Source: Octopus sinensis
Lineage: Eukaryota
Reading direction: 5' to 3'
Assembly (NCBI RefSeq): GCF_006345805.1
Contig: NC_042997.1
Span: 183,272,001-183,336,000, forward strand
Length of the DNA: 64,000 nucleotides
The notes below the pieces were generated by a model. The model saw nothing but the letters and a program-made list of their open reading frames with translations. It made no database searches and was not told the DNA's origin. A program made the position numbers and the translations under genes. How positions within the stretch are numbered: the first letter of the stretch is position 1; the number at the start of each line of letters is the position of its first letter. Positions 12,364 to 25,663 of this stretch are shown piece after piece.

Positions 12364-13990
12364 AGTTTATTGATTCTTAGAAGACCACATAAATCAATCT
12401 GATTCAGCTCATATATGCTCTGGTAAATCATCATCATCATTGTTTAACGTCCGCTTTCCATGCTAGCATGGGTTGGACGATTTGACTGAGGATTGGTGAA
12501 CCAGACTCCAATCTGATCAGGCAGAGTTTATAGCTGGATGCCCTTGCTAACGCCAACCACTCTGAAAGTGTAGTGGGCGCTTTTATGTGTCACTGGCATG
12601 CAGGCCAGTCAGGCGGTACTGGCAACGGCCATGCTCAAATGATGCTTTTTATGTGCCACTTGCACAGGAGCCAGTCCAGCAGCACTGGAAACGATCTTGC
12701 TCGAATGTTTTTTCATGTGCCAGTAAGGCGACGCAGGTAACGATCACACTCGAATGGTGTTTTTTACGTGCCACCGACACAAAGGCCAGCTTGTTGCTCT
12801 GGCAACGATCATGCTCGCATGGTACTCCTAGCAGTCCACTAGCATGGATGCCAGTCATCGAATTTGATTTTGATTTTAAAAAAACTCAGTATATGTAGTA
12901 GTGTTTACTTATTCATTGAAAGTTGCTGATTCAGTTTGTTGCTACTCAAAAGTTTCTTGCTGCAACATGCAGTCCTTCAGGTGACAGAAAGATGAATGGA
13001 GGAACTTATTGGAGATTCATGGCACAAAGGCACAGGTTAATGAATTGTACAATTCTCATTGACTGACTAGGGACCTAAGTCAATGTGTGACTTGTGGGTT
13101 GCTGATAGGGGAGAATTTCAGTAGAAATGATCAGACTGCCTATCATTTGTACAAGAGATACCTCTGTGATAGAGCTGGTGGATGTCAAGTAATTATTGTA
13201 TTCATGAAGGAATGATCAATGTGACTGATGGCAGGAATAGTCAGATGGTCTGCAGTTGAAACTTGTTTTCATGAGGAATTTGTTCATATGCTTGCATATG
13301 AACAATAATTAATATTTCCTGTTTAAGCAGACTCATTTACTAGGTTTTAAATTCCACTTGAAATGACTTCATATATAAATATTGCAGGACTCTGATGAAG
13401 TAAAATACATAATTGCATAATGTTGCTATTGTTATGTAATTATTTTAGCAGTTTGCTGAAATGAGTGTATGTCTTATAAAGTTTTGTTTTCTCTTTATTA
13501 TACATATATATCTATATATTTTTGCACTATCTCATTTTTCTCTCCCCTATCAATATGTCACACCTATTTAAGAAATTCTTTTGTTAATGCTATCAAACAA
13601 GGACCATTACTCTATTTGTCTTGAGGAAGACAATGATAACAATAAAAACTACCATTATTTCTCCATTGATATTTGAAGTTAAGATGAGCATATGAACGTA
13701 TGACACTTGTTTCAACAATACTATCATGAATAACCAACAGTGAGACATAAGGGGGCCTCTATACAATTACCTGACCTGCTAGAAACAGTAGCTAAATCTG
13801 CTTTAAATCATCTGTTACCATCTTAGAGAAGATAGACACATTGTATAATGCAGTCCTGGTAAACTATGCTAAGGAAAGAGACAGAAGTGTAACAGCTGTA
13901 ATGACCTTGATCATAGATCTGTTCAGTCAAGGTGGATTTAGTTCTAAACAGCAACAATTACGACGACAAAGATTATGACACAACAAAGTA

Positions 13991-14305
13991 ATATATTACG
14001 GAGATGTACTTGCATAGCGAGTGACTTGATCTGAGATCGTGTGCTGGAACAAAAACAATTGCAGCATGGAAGGTATTTATAAGCCATTTAAGAAACACAC
14101 AAAACCGTTACATTCAATTCAACATTTAAATTTAATTTGTCAAAATATTTTCATCGCTTTGAGATGCAGCACGAAGTTTTGTCAGTGAACAGGTCACGGT
14201 CTCAAAGCGATGAAAATATTTTGACAAATTAAATCTAAATGTTGAAGTGAATCTAACGGTTTTGTGTGTTGTTTAAATGGCTTATAAACACCTTCCATGC
14301 TGCAA
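13991..14305. repeat. Fold-back element, about 105-nt inverted arms (5' part also at 8281-8405)
   Basis: 14059-14164 versus 14200-14305 inverted; hammerhead-like geometry at 14178-14228 with a non-consensus core. Confidence 0.85.
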
Positions 14306-14338
14306 AGTAATATATTTTTACCACAAACATAAACATAC

Positions 14339-14479
14339 TTAGCTCCTTTCTCAAGCACCAGTCGAGCTGAATCAGGTGTTCCATGATCCATGAACATTGC
14401 TGAAGCTTTTTCTAGTAGCTCTGCGGCTTGTTCCAGTTGTTTAGTTTCTTTGCAAAGTAATGCAACCTGTTCATAGCTC
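14339..14479 (-). CDS. NAPG: gamma-SNAP exon 5 (SYEQVALLCKETKQLEQAAELLEKASAMFMDHGTPDSARLVLEKGA-K), 141 nt
   Basis: TTTTAG acceptor, AA|GTATGT donor; matches human YEQAGMMLKE...EKASMMYLENGTPDTAAMALERAGK. Confidence 0.95.
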
Positions 14480-16079
14480 CTAAAATATAGCATAGGAAAC
14501 ATTTTATAAAACTCATAAAAACAAATTTGAATTAAATTAAATCCATCCATCCACCACTGCCACCACCCACATTCATACATACTAGTCGATTGCTTAACTT
14601 ACAAACAACAAACATTTCCAAATAAAGAAACTGTGGATCTTTTCGGTTTGAACGGCAGTTTTTTCTAGCAGTGTCATATGAAATTGTCACCCATAATTAT
14701 GACCCTAATATTGATCTATTGCATTTCAATCTGTTTTAGGGTTAGGGTTAGGGGTGGAGGGAAGGGTATCTTTTTTTCTTCACAAATGTAAATAAACCCA
14801 ATCTGTTTCTTAAACAAGGGACATATTCATACGGCACAGAATGTTTTTTTTTACCTCAATGGATGTCATTGATTGGTTGAAATTGCAGAAATTGAAGAAA
14901 AAAAACAACAAGTATCTTACAAACTATAGAATTTTCTCAATAAAGCCAAGAGAAAAAGATGTTTTATAAACACATTCTACCAGTATACGAAGTTTAAAAT
15001 TTTTAGTTACCTAGAAATTATGTTAAAAACTGCCGTTCAAACTGAAAAGATCCGAAACTGTTAGGTATGAAGACAAATAGCAAATATTGTTGCTATTTAT
15101 TAGGCAAGCGTTAAGGCTAGATTGAAAAGTCATTGAGTGATAGTCAGAGATTTTAAACTAAATTTTATTTCTTTGCAAGAGTCTCTAACAAAGAAGCCAG
15201 TAGCCAACACTATCTGCAGAGATGACAGGTACCAGCAGATTATCTGTTCATTGAGAGACACACTGCATCGTACCTTTTTTTATCTGGTCTACAGATTTTG
15301 TGTAAATGAAGAGATTTTGGGGATGAATCTCTCTTCTAAACTTAGTAATATAGTAGATAAGAGTAAAGAGACATTACTGAGATGTTTAACCAAGTTTTCC
15401 CTTTTTAACACTAGTCAAGAACTACTTAGATTTATTTATTATTAAATGTTGTACTTGTAACTCAGATATACAGCTATTCTTTTTTAAAATATCACTTCTC
15501 ATCAGATTGATGAAAAGACAAGTTTGTTGCTGAAAAATGTTTTAACTGTTCAAAATCTTAATCAAGTATATCATGAGAAGAAGCAGTTTATTTTAGTTAA
15601 TTATTTAAAGTCATACCAGAAATGGATAATTCAGAATGGTTTGCCCTCATTCTTAATTCTCACTTTAAGAGATATACAATTATTTTTCTTGAAACATGAA
15701 ATAGAATTGGAAACACACACATACATGCATGCACACACACACACTCTTTATAAATATTTTCTACTCATATTTCCAATATGTTTTCTGAAATAAACAATCA
15801 CTAAAAGTTTCCAACCGAACTATCTATTATTTGCTGAATTTACCATTTTTAATACTGAGAATTTGAAATTCCTTTTGTATTATTTATCATAGGATTTACC
15901 CAAGAACCAACATTGTAGTCAGAATACATTATTAAAAAGGGGAAAAACTTAGAAACATCAAGCTATATGTTCTCCTCAGTTCAAAAATCAAAAGGCAACA
16001 AAATTCAGTGTGTAATATATTAAAAGATATAAGTCTATTGTAACAGAGAGGGAAAGAAAAAGAAAAGCAAATAACTTAC

Positions 16080-16097
16080 TTGCCAGCATAAAATTTT
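16080..16097 (-). CDS. NAPG: gamma-SNAP exon 4, 18-nt microexon (KFYAG-K)
   Basis: CAG|AAAATTTTATGCTGGCAA|GTAAGT; bridges the phase 2 ends of exons 3 and 5; corresponds to human LFHAAK. Confidence 0.88.
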
Positions 16098-18115
16098 CTG
16101 ATTAGAATTAAGGAAAAATACTTTAGTTGTATCACCTTTTAGAAACATTTTAATATCTCATTAAATACAGCTTTTAACACCAAGGTAGCAAATCCTTAAT
16201 TTGCTTCAAAATACTGAATTATACTGAAAGAAAACACGTTATAGTAGGTCCTTTATTATTTTGAATAAACTCAAAGTATGTCTTGTTTTGTCATTATCAG
16301 TAATGATTTTTAAGGACTGACTGTCTTTTGGCTTGGCTAGAAAAGGAAAGGTTGTGTCCATGCTCTTTCATGGCCTCCATGATTGATGGGAGAAAGTTAT
16401 CCTCAAACCAGAGACTTGATCTGATTGTTTAGATTTGAGTGGGCTCTGTCCAAGGTACCCAAGGGTGGTGTTAAATTGAGTAACTGATTAAATTCCTCCC
16501 TGCCCCCACCAAGAACAGATATGGTCTCTTTGACAGACTTCCACATAATTTTCAACCACAAAATTTCATGACCCAAAACTATGTTAGAAGATATCTGCTC
16601 AAGGTGCTGCAGTGGAATTAAAACCCCAAACCATGAGGTTGTGAAGTGAACCCAGTCGTTCTATTGCAATTTTACATTATTGTAAAATTTAAGCATACAT
16701 CCATCTACTTTGCCTGCAGCCCAAATGAAAAAACCACCATTTTCCTTTCTTCCCCACTCAAGGCACAGAATCTTAGATACTTTACTTCATATGACAATTG
16801 AACTTAGTACAATTTCTGTTAAAATCATTTTGGATTCAGCTAGGGGAAATGATTGCAGAAACAGAAAACAGTGGAGAAATATAATGCAGTTTAAGAATGT
16901 TGAAGATTCAAACTAAATACATCCTGATCATGATAATTTTTATGATTTTTGTATGCTGCCATAGCTAGAGAGAGTTGCTGAATAGGATCTCTTCTGTGAG
17001 AGACATTGTTTTCAGGTCAGTCTCTTCCTATGTTTTTAATGGTCTGCTCGTACCACTTAATTTCTATAATAACACTTCAAGTATGTTTGATGCCTAGTCA
17101 CCTTCTTAGCTCATTTGTACCTGAACTGATCATAGTCACACAGTCAACTTGTTCTGCTTTAGATACTGTAGATCCTGTACATTAACTGCACAAAAGTTGG
17201 ACTACTGCCTTGTGTGGGGTATTTGCTCTGACTGTGCTCTGAGTTTGAATAGAGCTGAGGTCAACTTTGTCTTTTATTCTTTTAGAGTCAACAAAAAAAA
17301 AAGTACCTGTCCAGAACACTAGTTTAGTGGAACTGTTAAAGCATCAGGTAGGATGGCTTGTGTTGTCTGTCTAGGCCTTTGTCTACTGACAGTAATGTGT
17401 GCAATTATACCGGTGTAAAGCAGTATTGTCTTTAAAGTGGCAGCTTTTCCCTTGGATAACATCAGTGGTATGGAGAGTGGAAATTTGCATGTATGGTTAA
17501 CTGCCATTCTTCCCCAAAAAATTTGCTCTTGTATCCTCAGATATGAGGATACAGGTGCAGATATATGCCCAATCCTGAAAGACAGGTCTTAGATATACAC
17601 ATACTTCTCAAAGGTTTCACAAAGAGAGCAGAAAGGTTCATTTTCAGCAAAGATAATAGTTTTCAAAATGCCTTCTAGCTCCTTCTCTAACTCATCATCA
17701 TCATCATCGTTTAACGTCCGCTTTCCATGCTAGCATGGGTTGGACGGTTCGACTGGGGTCTGGGAAGCCAAGAGGCTGCACCAGGCCCAGTCTGATCTGG
17801 CAGTGTTTCTACAGCTGGATGCCCTTCCTAACGCCAACCACTAACTCAAGGACAATATGACATGACCAGCTCCATCTAAGTATGTCATCTATATAACAGG
17901 CTTCCATTAAACTAGCATTGCGGTCTACAGCTCCTAGTATCATGTTAATCATATTGCTAGTTACTTTAATACATCTGGTGTATTCACACTCTCAGTTTTT
18001 TTGTTAGTCTAACCAAACAGTATTTGTTAATCCTCTGAACTCCCTGCCTGCATACAACATAGAATTATGAATCAAACCACAACAGTATAATGGCCAAAAG
18101 CCCATGAAAGGATAC
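16098..18115 (-). other. U12-type (minor spliceosome) GT-AG intron 3 of NAPG
   Basis: 5' site GTATCCTTT (18107-18115); branch site TCCTTAAT (16107-16114) ending 9 nt before the exon; no polypyrimidine tract. Confidence 0.9.
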
Positions 18116-18200
18116 GCATTTGTCTGAGCTTGAAGTTCTGCAGCTTTTAAATATGCATTCTTTGCTAGATCATAAGCTTTGCAAGTTCTGAAGCAAACAG
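18116..18200 (-). CDS. NAPG: gamma-SNAP exon 3 (VCFRTCKAYDLAKNAYLKAAELQAQTN-A), 85 nt
   Basis: Acceptor TTTTTAACAG, donor GC|GTATCCTTT; aligns by eye to human AVAFKNAKQFEQAKDACLREA. Confidence 0.93.
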
Positions 18201-19257
18201 CTGTTAAAAAAGAAAAAGAAAAAAGGGAGAAAGAAGTCATTACACAGATTAAAAAATTTTTTTCTCCCTTTCTCTCTCACACACATGCACATAAAAAAAT
18301 AATTATGACTCGTAGTAAAATATTTAATTATATTTTTATGAACTACAATATTTTGTGCCAAAATTAACATGATAATAAGCAAATCAGATTAATATTTCCT
18401 ACTTTTTATTCTTAGTTTAAGAGCAGTGAAGACCTTAAACTGAGAAAGTTCAAAGTAGATGTCAGAAGCCAAAACATCACAAAGGTTGACAATCAAGCAA
18501 GGTTCCTGAGGATTGGAGAGAGAGAGAGATTTTCATTGTCTGGTGTCTATTTTATAGAAAAAAAACAATGGTCTTGGTGCAATCTCCACCTCGAACAAAA
18601 GCATCCCCTTTTCAAATACATTACCACCCTTTTGAACAAGTTAATCATTTCTGTTATATCAGAAGTAACCACAATAAGGATTCCTCTATATGTAATGAAA
18701 TTTCAAATTGTATTCATCTCGTGTATGCTACGTTTGGGAGACCATGCAAAAGAGTGTCTACCATTGCAATGGAATTAAGACATGCACTAAGTTGATGGCA
18801 TACAAATGGTATTCTTCACAACCTCCTTGTACAGATATCAAATCAAGATACTTAGATGGAAGAGAGAACACTTCCAGAGAAGGTGTGTAGCATCTTGTGC
18901 ATGTGATGACAAGACCATGTTATAAGGAAATTCTTGATCGGACCAAACTCAACAGCATTGTGCCTGAAGTGGTTTCATCACCAATTGTAATGGTATGATC
19001 CTGAAGAATCTCTTCTCCCTGTCATATGTCTGGAAAATAAGTCATGAGAGATTGTGGAGAAGCAGAAGGTAAGAGGTTTGCCAATTTTTCCTGCAAAATG
19101 ATGATCAGAGATTGTGAGTGGATGTTCTGGACTGCAAAGTAGTGTATCAGTATAAATCAGGATGACACATACAGGCAATGATAGATGCATGCTATACTTA
19201 CTGACAGCAAAAAGAAAGAGGTATGGAAATGTTACTTTGTGAAATTACTAAATAAGG

Positions 19258-19328
19258 AGAATGAATGAATGAATGAATGAATGAATGAGAGAGAGAGAGA
19301 GAGGGGGGAGAGAGAGGGGGGGAGAGGG

Positions 19329-19381
<53 letters not shown>

Positions 19382-19384
19382 AGT
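19258..19384. repeat. Compound (GAAT)n-(GA)n polypurine microsatellite
   Basis: About 100 nt of pure purine on the plus strand. Confidence 0.95.
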
Positions 19385-19755
19385 ACTTTAAGTAGACTCA
19401 ACAGAGGGACCTGTTGTTGAAATGAAGAGCAACATAGCCGAAATAATTCTTAAGAATATGAAAACAGGGAAGGCAACTGGACAAATTAAGAAAAGTCACT
19501 AAGATACTGAAAATATCTGAAGTAGGTTATCCACTAGTCATTCACATAGTCAGTTATGTAATACAGAAATTCAGTTATGTAGTACAGAAGTTCACCTAAA
19601 TTTTCTTTTAGTCCACCAAACACCTTTCAATTAAGCTTGCATTGGGATGGTAGGGAGCATGTTACTTTAGACATAAACACAAAGGTTCATATAAATAAGT
19701 GAAGTGTATATAAAAATTGACACAATGTAAACAAATACAAAATTAGTTGGATTAC

Positions 19756-19823
19756 CAGCTTTTGAATATTCTTCAATTGCCACATCTAAGTCAGGTTTCC
19801 ATTTAAATAATGATGTCTTCTGA
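19756..19823 (-). CDS. NAPG: gamma-SNAP exon 2 (QKTSLFKWKPDLDVAIEEYSKA-A), 68 nt
   Basis: Acceptor TTCTCTTCCAG, donor G|GTAATC; KWKPD motif typical of gamma-SNAP. Confidence 0.95.
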
Positions 19824-21380
19824 CTGGAAGAGAAAATAAGTAAATTTCATGCACTAATTTTCTTTTAATAAAAAATATTCACAATTGATATGCATATATT
19901 AATTTCATTTATGGTCCAATGAATGACTTCACAAAGTTCATATGGTTGTAAAATAAAACATAATATTTTCATAATCCTCTAACTTATATTAGCATGAATT
20001 ACAAGAGGGAGTCCAAAGAATATTTTTAAGTGAAAGCATAGTAACTAGATTTAGGATGGAGCAGAAAAAGTTTAAGGAACTATTACCTCTGTGGTATCAA
20101 AAGGTTTCTCTATTTGAGTAAAGGGCAGCTTATATGATGCATATTTATAAAGTGTGATGCTTCATGGTGGCAAGATATGGGTATTGCATGCAGAGTACAG
20201 GCAAGAGATGTGGCTGGTATGCTCTGTTGGGTGTGTAATGTTAGCATGTGTGTTCCACTAGATTTGTAATGTTAGGCTGGAAAATTTGTCAATAGGTTGT
20301 TATCCTTGCCACATACATTTAATACCACAGCAGGAACTCTAACATCAAAACTGGTGTGACATCCAAAATTGTATATAAATTTATAGCTAAGATTTTAATA
20401 TAAATGGTATTTCATAAGTGCTTAAAAGAGTTTTTCTTTTAAAGTTGATTATTTTGTCCATCACTACTCAAAATACAATCCTTAATCTATACATAGCCAG
20501 TATGTGTGTTATGTTCACAAGCATGTAGGATTAGAGATAAAGAAAAAAATTATGCTTTAAAGGAAAGAGAGAAGACTGCACTTGTATGCACATGCTGCAT
20601 ATGAAGGATGATAATTTGGTGAATGAGAGTGAAATGACCAAAGTGGAAGGAATTCTTACTGAAGAGGAAGTTCAAGGAAATGGTGAAGGTTGATCTCAAG
20701 ATGGAAATAACAAAGGACAACATACTGCGGTGGAGTAAACTCATCAAAGCCATTTTATGATGAAAGGATGGAAAAATGGACACATGATGATGGTGACAAC
20801 AACATTAACAATAATAATGAATGACACTGTTTAGTATCAACAATTATGTAGTACCAGATCAGATGTGTGTTTTATAATATACTTTATTTTTAGCCTCCCC
20901 TGGCACCTGTACCGGTGGCACGTAAAAAGCACCATCTGTACATGGTCGATGCCAGCGCCACCTTGACTGGCTTCTGTGCCAGTGGCATGTAAAAAGCACC
21001 AACCGATCATGGCCGTTGCCAGCCTCCCCTGGCACCTATGCCGGTGGCACATAAAAAGGAGCCACTACACTCAGAGTGGTTGGCATTAGGAAGGGCATCC
21101 AGCTGCAGAAACACTGCCTGATCAGACTGGGCCTGGTGCAGCCTCCTACCTTCCCAGACCCTGGTCGAACCGTCCAACCCATGCTAGCATGGAAAACGGA
21201 CATTAAACGATGATGATGATGAGATCTAATAATAGGACACTTGTTTTTGAGAACTAATGAGTAGTGAGATTGGCAATCTAATAACAGCTGAGTATTTGAG
21301 TTAAATAACTACCTGACTTTCAGTGCAGGAAATAGTTCTAAGAATTTTGAAATAGAAAAGAGCTACTGGCAAAGAAATAT

Positions 21381-21601
21381 ATGAGGAAGTGCTGAAAAGT
21401 TCCTGGCTTTAAGGGTATCATGAAAAGTCTGGTTGGAGACCAAACCTTCTGAGTTCTTTTACAAGGCTTAGAAAAACTGAAGGACTGCTGCAATAAATGT
21501 GTGAATTTGAGAGGAGAATATGTTAAGTAAAATCATAATTAACTGATCCTCCAGTATTTCCTTCTATCCAAAGCCAGGAACTTTTCAACAATCCCTCATA
21601 T
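21381..21601. mobile_element. Mariner-derived MITE
   Basis: TATGAGGAAGTGCTGAAAAGTTCCTGGCTTT...AAAGCCAGGAACTTTTCAACAATCCCTCATA inverted ends. Confidence 0.75.
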
Positions 21602-23514
21602 ACTACAAAGTATCTCATGAGATGTCCAATCAATTTCTTGCATTTCTTTTTTTTTACATCAGTCAAGCAGTGAGAGAGGAGCAGTATCGATGATCTTTGC
21701 AAGGCCTCCCAGACTGGTGAGACAAATAGAGTTAAATATTTGCAAGATTGATGTTTGCAGAAAAAATATGCACTGGAGGGAATTACAGCAGACTGCAATT
21801 CTTAGGAGAAATGACTTAGAATAGTATTTAGTATGGGTTCTAAGGGTAACCCCTACAAAATGACAGGACAAAGAAGAAAAATGTTTGTGCTGGTTCAGAA
21901 GGGCAAAAGATTTGCAGCAGTAGTAAAATGGACAAAGAGAAGAAACACTATATATGTAAACTAGTTATACCATACAGCAGTATTTAAAGTGATAAATACC
22001 AGCCACACCTCAAATATTAAAAGTTTTGGTAACCCATGCTATTTATTAATGAAAAGTCAAAATCAAAATAGAGTTTGAATTCATATAATTAAATCTTCCA
22101 TCTTTACCATGGTGTTAGATAAATCTGACATGTAGGAAACCACATCCTACTAGATGTAAATGTATTATTAGAGCACTGATTACTGTGGTATTTGCCCTGA
22201 GAGGTCCTCTTATATAGATGTACAGTGCTAAAAGCACAGACATATATCATAATGCAAACCGTCTAGTACAGGTGCCAAAACAGCCAGATCTTGTGATTTC
22301 AGCATACTATGCTTCCTCAGTGGCAGACATCCAGCCCCACATACCAGCCAAATCTCACTGTCAATGATATATAGAACAACAGTGGCTTTTCAGCAACTGG
22401 CATCACAAATAGTCAGCATGCTTATTCAAAAATAAAATTAGCAATAGAAGCAGTACTAATACCAAAAAGTAATCTGTATATTCTACTACACATGGATGTA
22501 TTATTAGAACACCAAATGTTGTGGTATTAACCTTGAGAGGTCCTCTCATATAGATGCATGGTGCTATAAGCACATACATATATTGTAGTAGATGAGAACC
22601 ATCTGGTATAGGTGCTGGAACTACCAGATCACGTAATTTCAGTGTACCGCACTTCCTCAGTGGCTGTGGTGTAGTATGTTGGTGAGTGAATCTTCGACAA
22701 TCTACTGAACAGTTTTTTTTTTATGTAGTCTAGAATGTTTTAGTTTGTAGGAGCAGTACTATTCCAGAAATGTGAGTAGTATTCCAATATGAGTGAACAA
22801 CTGGTCAGGACTGAAGTGTTTCTATTTAATCAATAACAATAAATCTTGTAATGGAAAGATAAATCACCAATGCTAAAGAGAATACGTGTCAAAGATAAGG
22901 GAAACAACTCAGAAACATTGATTAAAAATTAAATAAGAGTGTGCATTGAGGAGTGAGTTTTGCCTTTGGTAAATAGCAATAACTCTAGACATGTTTTGGT
23001 TTTATTTGACCTCCTCAATGAAGCATAGTCTTACTGAAGATATCAGACTTTAGAATGAATGTGAGAATATATAGAATTTTTGTGAAAAAAACATTCACTG
23101 ACTCAGTATGCAGAATAATTGCATTGGAAAATTTCCCAGGGATGTCTTCTGCATGAAGAAAACATAGTTAAGTGAACTCCCATTTAAAAGTATTTTTTTA
23201 ATGTAGAGGGCATCCTTGGCATAATTTTGGTCTGAAGAGGAAACCTAGTCATTGCAATGCAGTTTAACAATATTATACAAGATTTGAAACCTCAGAGATT
23301 GTGAGACCAAGCATTATTCTGAGCGTTTCAATTATATTATTCATTGCTTTTCTATCTTTTTGCCTATTGACTTATTTAAAGAAGGAAGAGCAATGTTAAT
23401 TACCTCTTTTCAGAGTCTCCTAAACATGTAAAAGAAAAGGAAGAAGTTACCGTAAGAGAGAAACCTGACTTGAATGCTTGCAACGGTATGTGCTAAGCTA
23501 AAAATACCCAAGGG

Positions 23515-23905
23515 TACAGGAGTGGCTGTGTGGTAAGTAGCTTGTTTACCAACCACATGGTTCTGGGTTCAGTCCCACTGCATGGCACCTTGGGCAAGTG
23601 TCTTTTACAATAACCTCGGGCTGACCAAATCCTTGTGAGTGGATTTGGTAGACAGAAACTGAAAGAAGCCCATTGTATATATGTATATATGTGTGTGTGT
23701 GTGTGTGTGTTCGTGTGTCTGTCCCCCAACATCACTTGACAACCGATGCTGGTGTGTTTACGTCCCCGTAACTTAATGGTTCGGCAAAAGAGTCTGATAG
23801 AATAAGTACTAGGCTTACAAAGAATAAGCCCTGGGGTAGATTTCTTTGACTAAAGCTGGTGCTCCAGCATAGCCACAGTCAAATGACTGAAACAAGTAAA
23901 AGAGT
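23515..23905 (+). mobile_element. tRNA-derived SINE family A, near full length (others near 7091, 9631, 28290-, 29115, 33262, 36100-, 44905-, 49665, 53443, 58375)
   Basis: A-box TGGCTGTGTGG, B-box GGTTCAGTCCC, central CACCTTGGGCAAGTG, internal (TA)/(TG) tract, GTAAAAGA tail. Confidence 0.85.
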
Positions 23906-25663
23906 AAGGGCCAGGAGGTGATGTTAAACTGAGTGACATATTGAGTCTACCACACAAGGTCAGGAATCATCCCTCTATCAGGCTTTTGAACAGTTTCCAT
24001 CTCCCAAATTCACTCAAAGCTTTAGTTGACCCAAGGTGTCTTGCAATGAGATCAAACCTCCAAACTGTGCTGTTGTAAAGCAAATTTATTTGCATAAACT
24101 TATTTGATGTGTAACAATTTGAATAGCTGGGATTAAAGTTCTAATCAGTGTTGGGAAGTAGAAGTAATATTTTTGAAAGAATAAGGTATCAGAGAGTCAA
24201 CTTATGAGTTGTAAGTTCAAATCTGTAGCAGATGTTTAAATAGAAGTCTCCAAGACCTGATGCATAGGAGGAGAATGGGTTTACCGTTATGAAGTAAAGG
24301 TAAAGTAGAATAACTTATTCTTATTTCTTTATTGTCCACAAGGGGCTAAACACAGAGGGGATAAACAAGTACAGACAAATGGATTAAGTTGATTACATTG
24401 ATCCCAGTGCGTCACTGGTACTTAATTTATCGACCCCGAAAGGATGAAAGGCAAAGTCAACCTCAGAGTAATTTGAACTCAGAATGCAGCGGTGGATGAA
24501 ATACCTATTTCTTTACTACCCACAAGGAGCTAAACACAGAGAGAACAAACAAGGACAGACAAACGGGTTAAGTCGACCTCAGTGGAATTTGAACTCAGAA
24601 CGCAGCGGCAGACAAAATACCGCTAAGCATTTTGCCCAGCGTGCTAACGTTTCTGCCAGCTCACCACCTTAGTACAGTAGAGTAACATATTCTGCCTGTC
24701 AGTTTTAGATTGTTTGATGTCTATATGGCTTGTGAAATTTGCTTTTATAACAGCATTTCTGGTTTCAGAAGGTGTGCTCAGTCATGATTGGCTGGAAATT
24801 AGTTGGTTGTAGCAGTATGACTTTATTTTGTGGCAAATTTTATTAACATCATCAATAAAGGTTGTTCACTTATTGTATGGGTATGTGATTAGAATAGTAT
24901 ATTGATATAGGGTGGACTTTGCACAGGCAGGATGGCAAAGTGGAAGGATACTTGCTTGCATTTTATGAGTTACCAACTGTCTGCAACTATTTGATTGTAT
25001 TTCCAGGACAAAAAAAACAAAAAAACTACACTTTTTCAGTTCACCTAGTTTTTAAGAATGGATTCCAGATCACATTGGAATGTTACATTTCATAGAAAAA
25101 CGTCAGGGAGATTTATTTCTCATCTGTTAATTAGTTTAGAATACCATTATGTTTTATTACAATGCTGAAATATCTTTTTTTGATTTATATACAGAACTAA
25201 ATTTGTCTTGTGACTTGGAAAGTTTATGAATGCAACCTGGTTTTCATGTTATATATGAAAAATGTCCTACTTATTTATATTCTTGGTTTTGACCCTGTGC
25301 TTGAGGAGACCTATTGAGTGAAGTACATCAACATCAAAAATCAATGGAAATTGTAGTTGTGATCCCTGTGCTGGTGGCATGTAAAAAGCACCATTCGAAC
25401 GTGGCTGATGCCAGCCCCACTTTGACTGGCTTCAGTGCCAGTGGCACGTAAAATGCACCAACCGATCGTGACCATTGCCAGCCTCCCCTGGCACCTGTGC
25501 TGGTGGCACGAAAAAGCACTAACTACACTCACAGAGTGGTTGGCGTTACGAAGGGCATCCAGCTGTAGAAACACTGCCAGATCAGACTGGAGCCTGGTGC
25601 AGCCTTCTGGCTTCCCAGACCCCGGTCGAACTGTCCAACCCATGCCAGCGTGGAAAACGGACG

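Noticed and set aside
23515-23600. tRNA genes at SINE heads
   Set aside because: A and B boxes are present but there is no full cloverleaf, and the sequence continues into the SINE body
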